Positions 62,900 through 64,000 of a DNA stretch of 64,000 nt are shown one piece after another. This DNA is from Haliotis rubra (Eukaryota). The notes under the pieces were generated by a model, which was not told the DNA's origin, did not search any database, and saw nothing but the letters and a program-made list of their open reading frames with translations. The stretch lies in NCBI RefSeq assembly GCF_003918875.1, contig NW_025767301.1:2790001-2854000 (forward strand). The letters are read 5' to 3'. Position 1 is the first letter of the stretch. Every line of letters begins with the position of its first letter. The position numbers and the translations under genes are program-made.

Positions 62900-63400
62900 T
62901 TGTATTAATAGATATGAACCCGGGATAAAAACGGTATCCTGTTTCGGCACGTGTTCGTGTAACGTCGGGGACCTGTGACAAAAAACTTTATCGACGAATG
63001 CTGATAAAATGACGTGTATGAGTAGCGGGAGTCAATGCTAAAGCAAAGAAGAAAGAAACTGTTTTACAAAGGGAATCCTTCAGATAAAGTAATACGGTAA
63101 AATATATGGAAGTCTATTTTTCCTGTGCATTGTTTTGTCTTCCCTTTCTATACGAATAACAAAGTTAATAAAGATATGTATGGGGGATACTTACGAACGT
63201 AAAATACATCGGAGCTGTCAATGTTCATATGTATTTCAACCTTCTAAAACGACCAGTCCCCAAATATATGTTGCTAGTTTGGGTATACATAAAGTTGATT
63301 ACGATGACAGGGTAATAGAAGTAAATGCAAATGCTTCGCGGGTGGTTTACAAAATATACTCTCCTCCAAAAAAAAAAGGAAAAGAAAAGAGAAACGGAGA
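62900..63400 (+). mobile_element. Decayed Naiad-type RT fragment
   Basis: ORF 63135 YVFQ..SPQIYVASL..YDD..KIYSPP. Confidence 0.45.
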
Positions 63401-63675
63401 ATATTGGACTCATGTAGCTGCGGCAAAAACTATTCCAATATACTATTTCTTTCCAAAACGTCATCGTTGTTTGATTGTGACGCGGTAATTTTCACCTTTC
63501 CCGCTGTTTTAGAAGCGTTTGAAGAAATATTCGCCAAAAACGTCACCAAGAAAACTTGCAAAAGCAAAATGCACGTGCAAGTGAGCGGAAAAGCATGCGG
63601 TATCTTTTATTATAAAAAGGCAAACGTGTTTAATTTTGTCATTCGTTTTTGCCTGGAAAAGAGGAATTAATCATC

Positions 63676-64000
63676 ATGCAACGACTGAGTGCTTCCAATC
63701 GAAACATCACCATAGGCCGCCTTGAAGCTGGGGAGTCGCAGGCTGCAGTTGCCCGACATTTCAACGTTCACCAAAGCACCATATCTCGCCTTTGGGATCG
63801 TTTCTTGCAGACCAGTTCCGCCCATGATCGCCCAAGAAGCGGCCGTCCAAGAGTTACCACCCAAGCCCAGGACCGCTACATCCGGGTTGCTCACTTGCGT
63901 CATCGTCTTGTCATAGCCGTGGAAACTGTTTTGAGAGATTTGCATCGGCGCAATCGCTTGCGGTGGTGTCGAAGGGTCCGGAACTGGTGCCTTAGAAACG
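63676..64000 (+). CDS. Tc1-family transposase N-terminus (open to the window edge, internal in-frame deletion); element probably starts near 63415
   Basis: MQRLSASNRNITIGRLEAGESQAAVARHFNVHQSTISRLWDRF..DRPRSGRPRVTTQAQDRYIRVAHLR..HRRNRLRWCRR, a paired-like HTH with the GRPR motif. Confidence 0.88.
   Translation, partial: MQRLSASNRNITIGRLEAGESQAAVARHFNVHQSTISRLWDRFLQTSSAHDRPRSGRPRVTTQAQDRYIRVAHLRHRLVIAVETVLRDLHRRNRLRWCRRVRNWCLRN

Noticed and set aside
1-63400. In-frame TGA as selenocysteine, as in some clam Naiads
   Set aside because: Stops of all three types and frameshifts are everywhere, so TGA cannot be tied to conserved positions by eye.

Overview
This is eukaryotic, AT-rich animal DNA. 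The SINE families look molluscan and resemble abalone (Haliotis) repeats from memory, which I have not verified. I found no intact cellular gene, rRNA, tRNA or CRISPR array. The younger layer has three SINE families (many copies with target-site duplications), PIF/Harbinger-like MITEs, a CCCAG-ended non-autonomous DNA element, two Tc1/mariner transposase relics, and two adjacent satellite arrays (34.4-39.3 kb). Main observation: most of the apparently unique DNA between these repeats translates, across frameshifts and stops, into colinear fragments of one reverse transcriptase type. It matches the Penelope-like, Naiad-type RT, whose motif order I recall as LPxLYWIPKLH..RFIAGS..YSRSGVNQMWILKNS..IKTFDFSTLYTTIPH..CFFNKNG..DIIKMLEFLIDNIFVxFGGxVFQQxVGIPMGTNCAPLLADLFLYSYE..FRYIDD..IYPxELEIKDTT..SYLDL..LYDKRDDFNFxIVNFP..AYGVYISQLIRYARAC..QGY..HDLVxRY. 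By eye I count about 60 heavily decayed fragments of 0.2-1.5 kb on both strands, covering roughly 35-38 kb. Their boundaries are approximate and the calls need profile-HMM confirmation. A second candidate novelty is a tRNA-less SINE whose sharply defined 5' end folds into a compact pseudoknotted, ribozyme-like structure.
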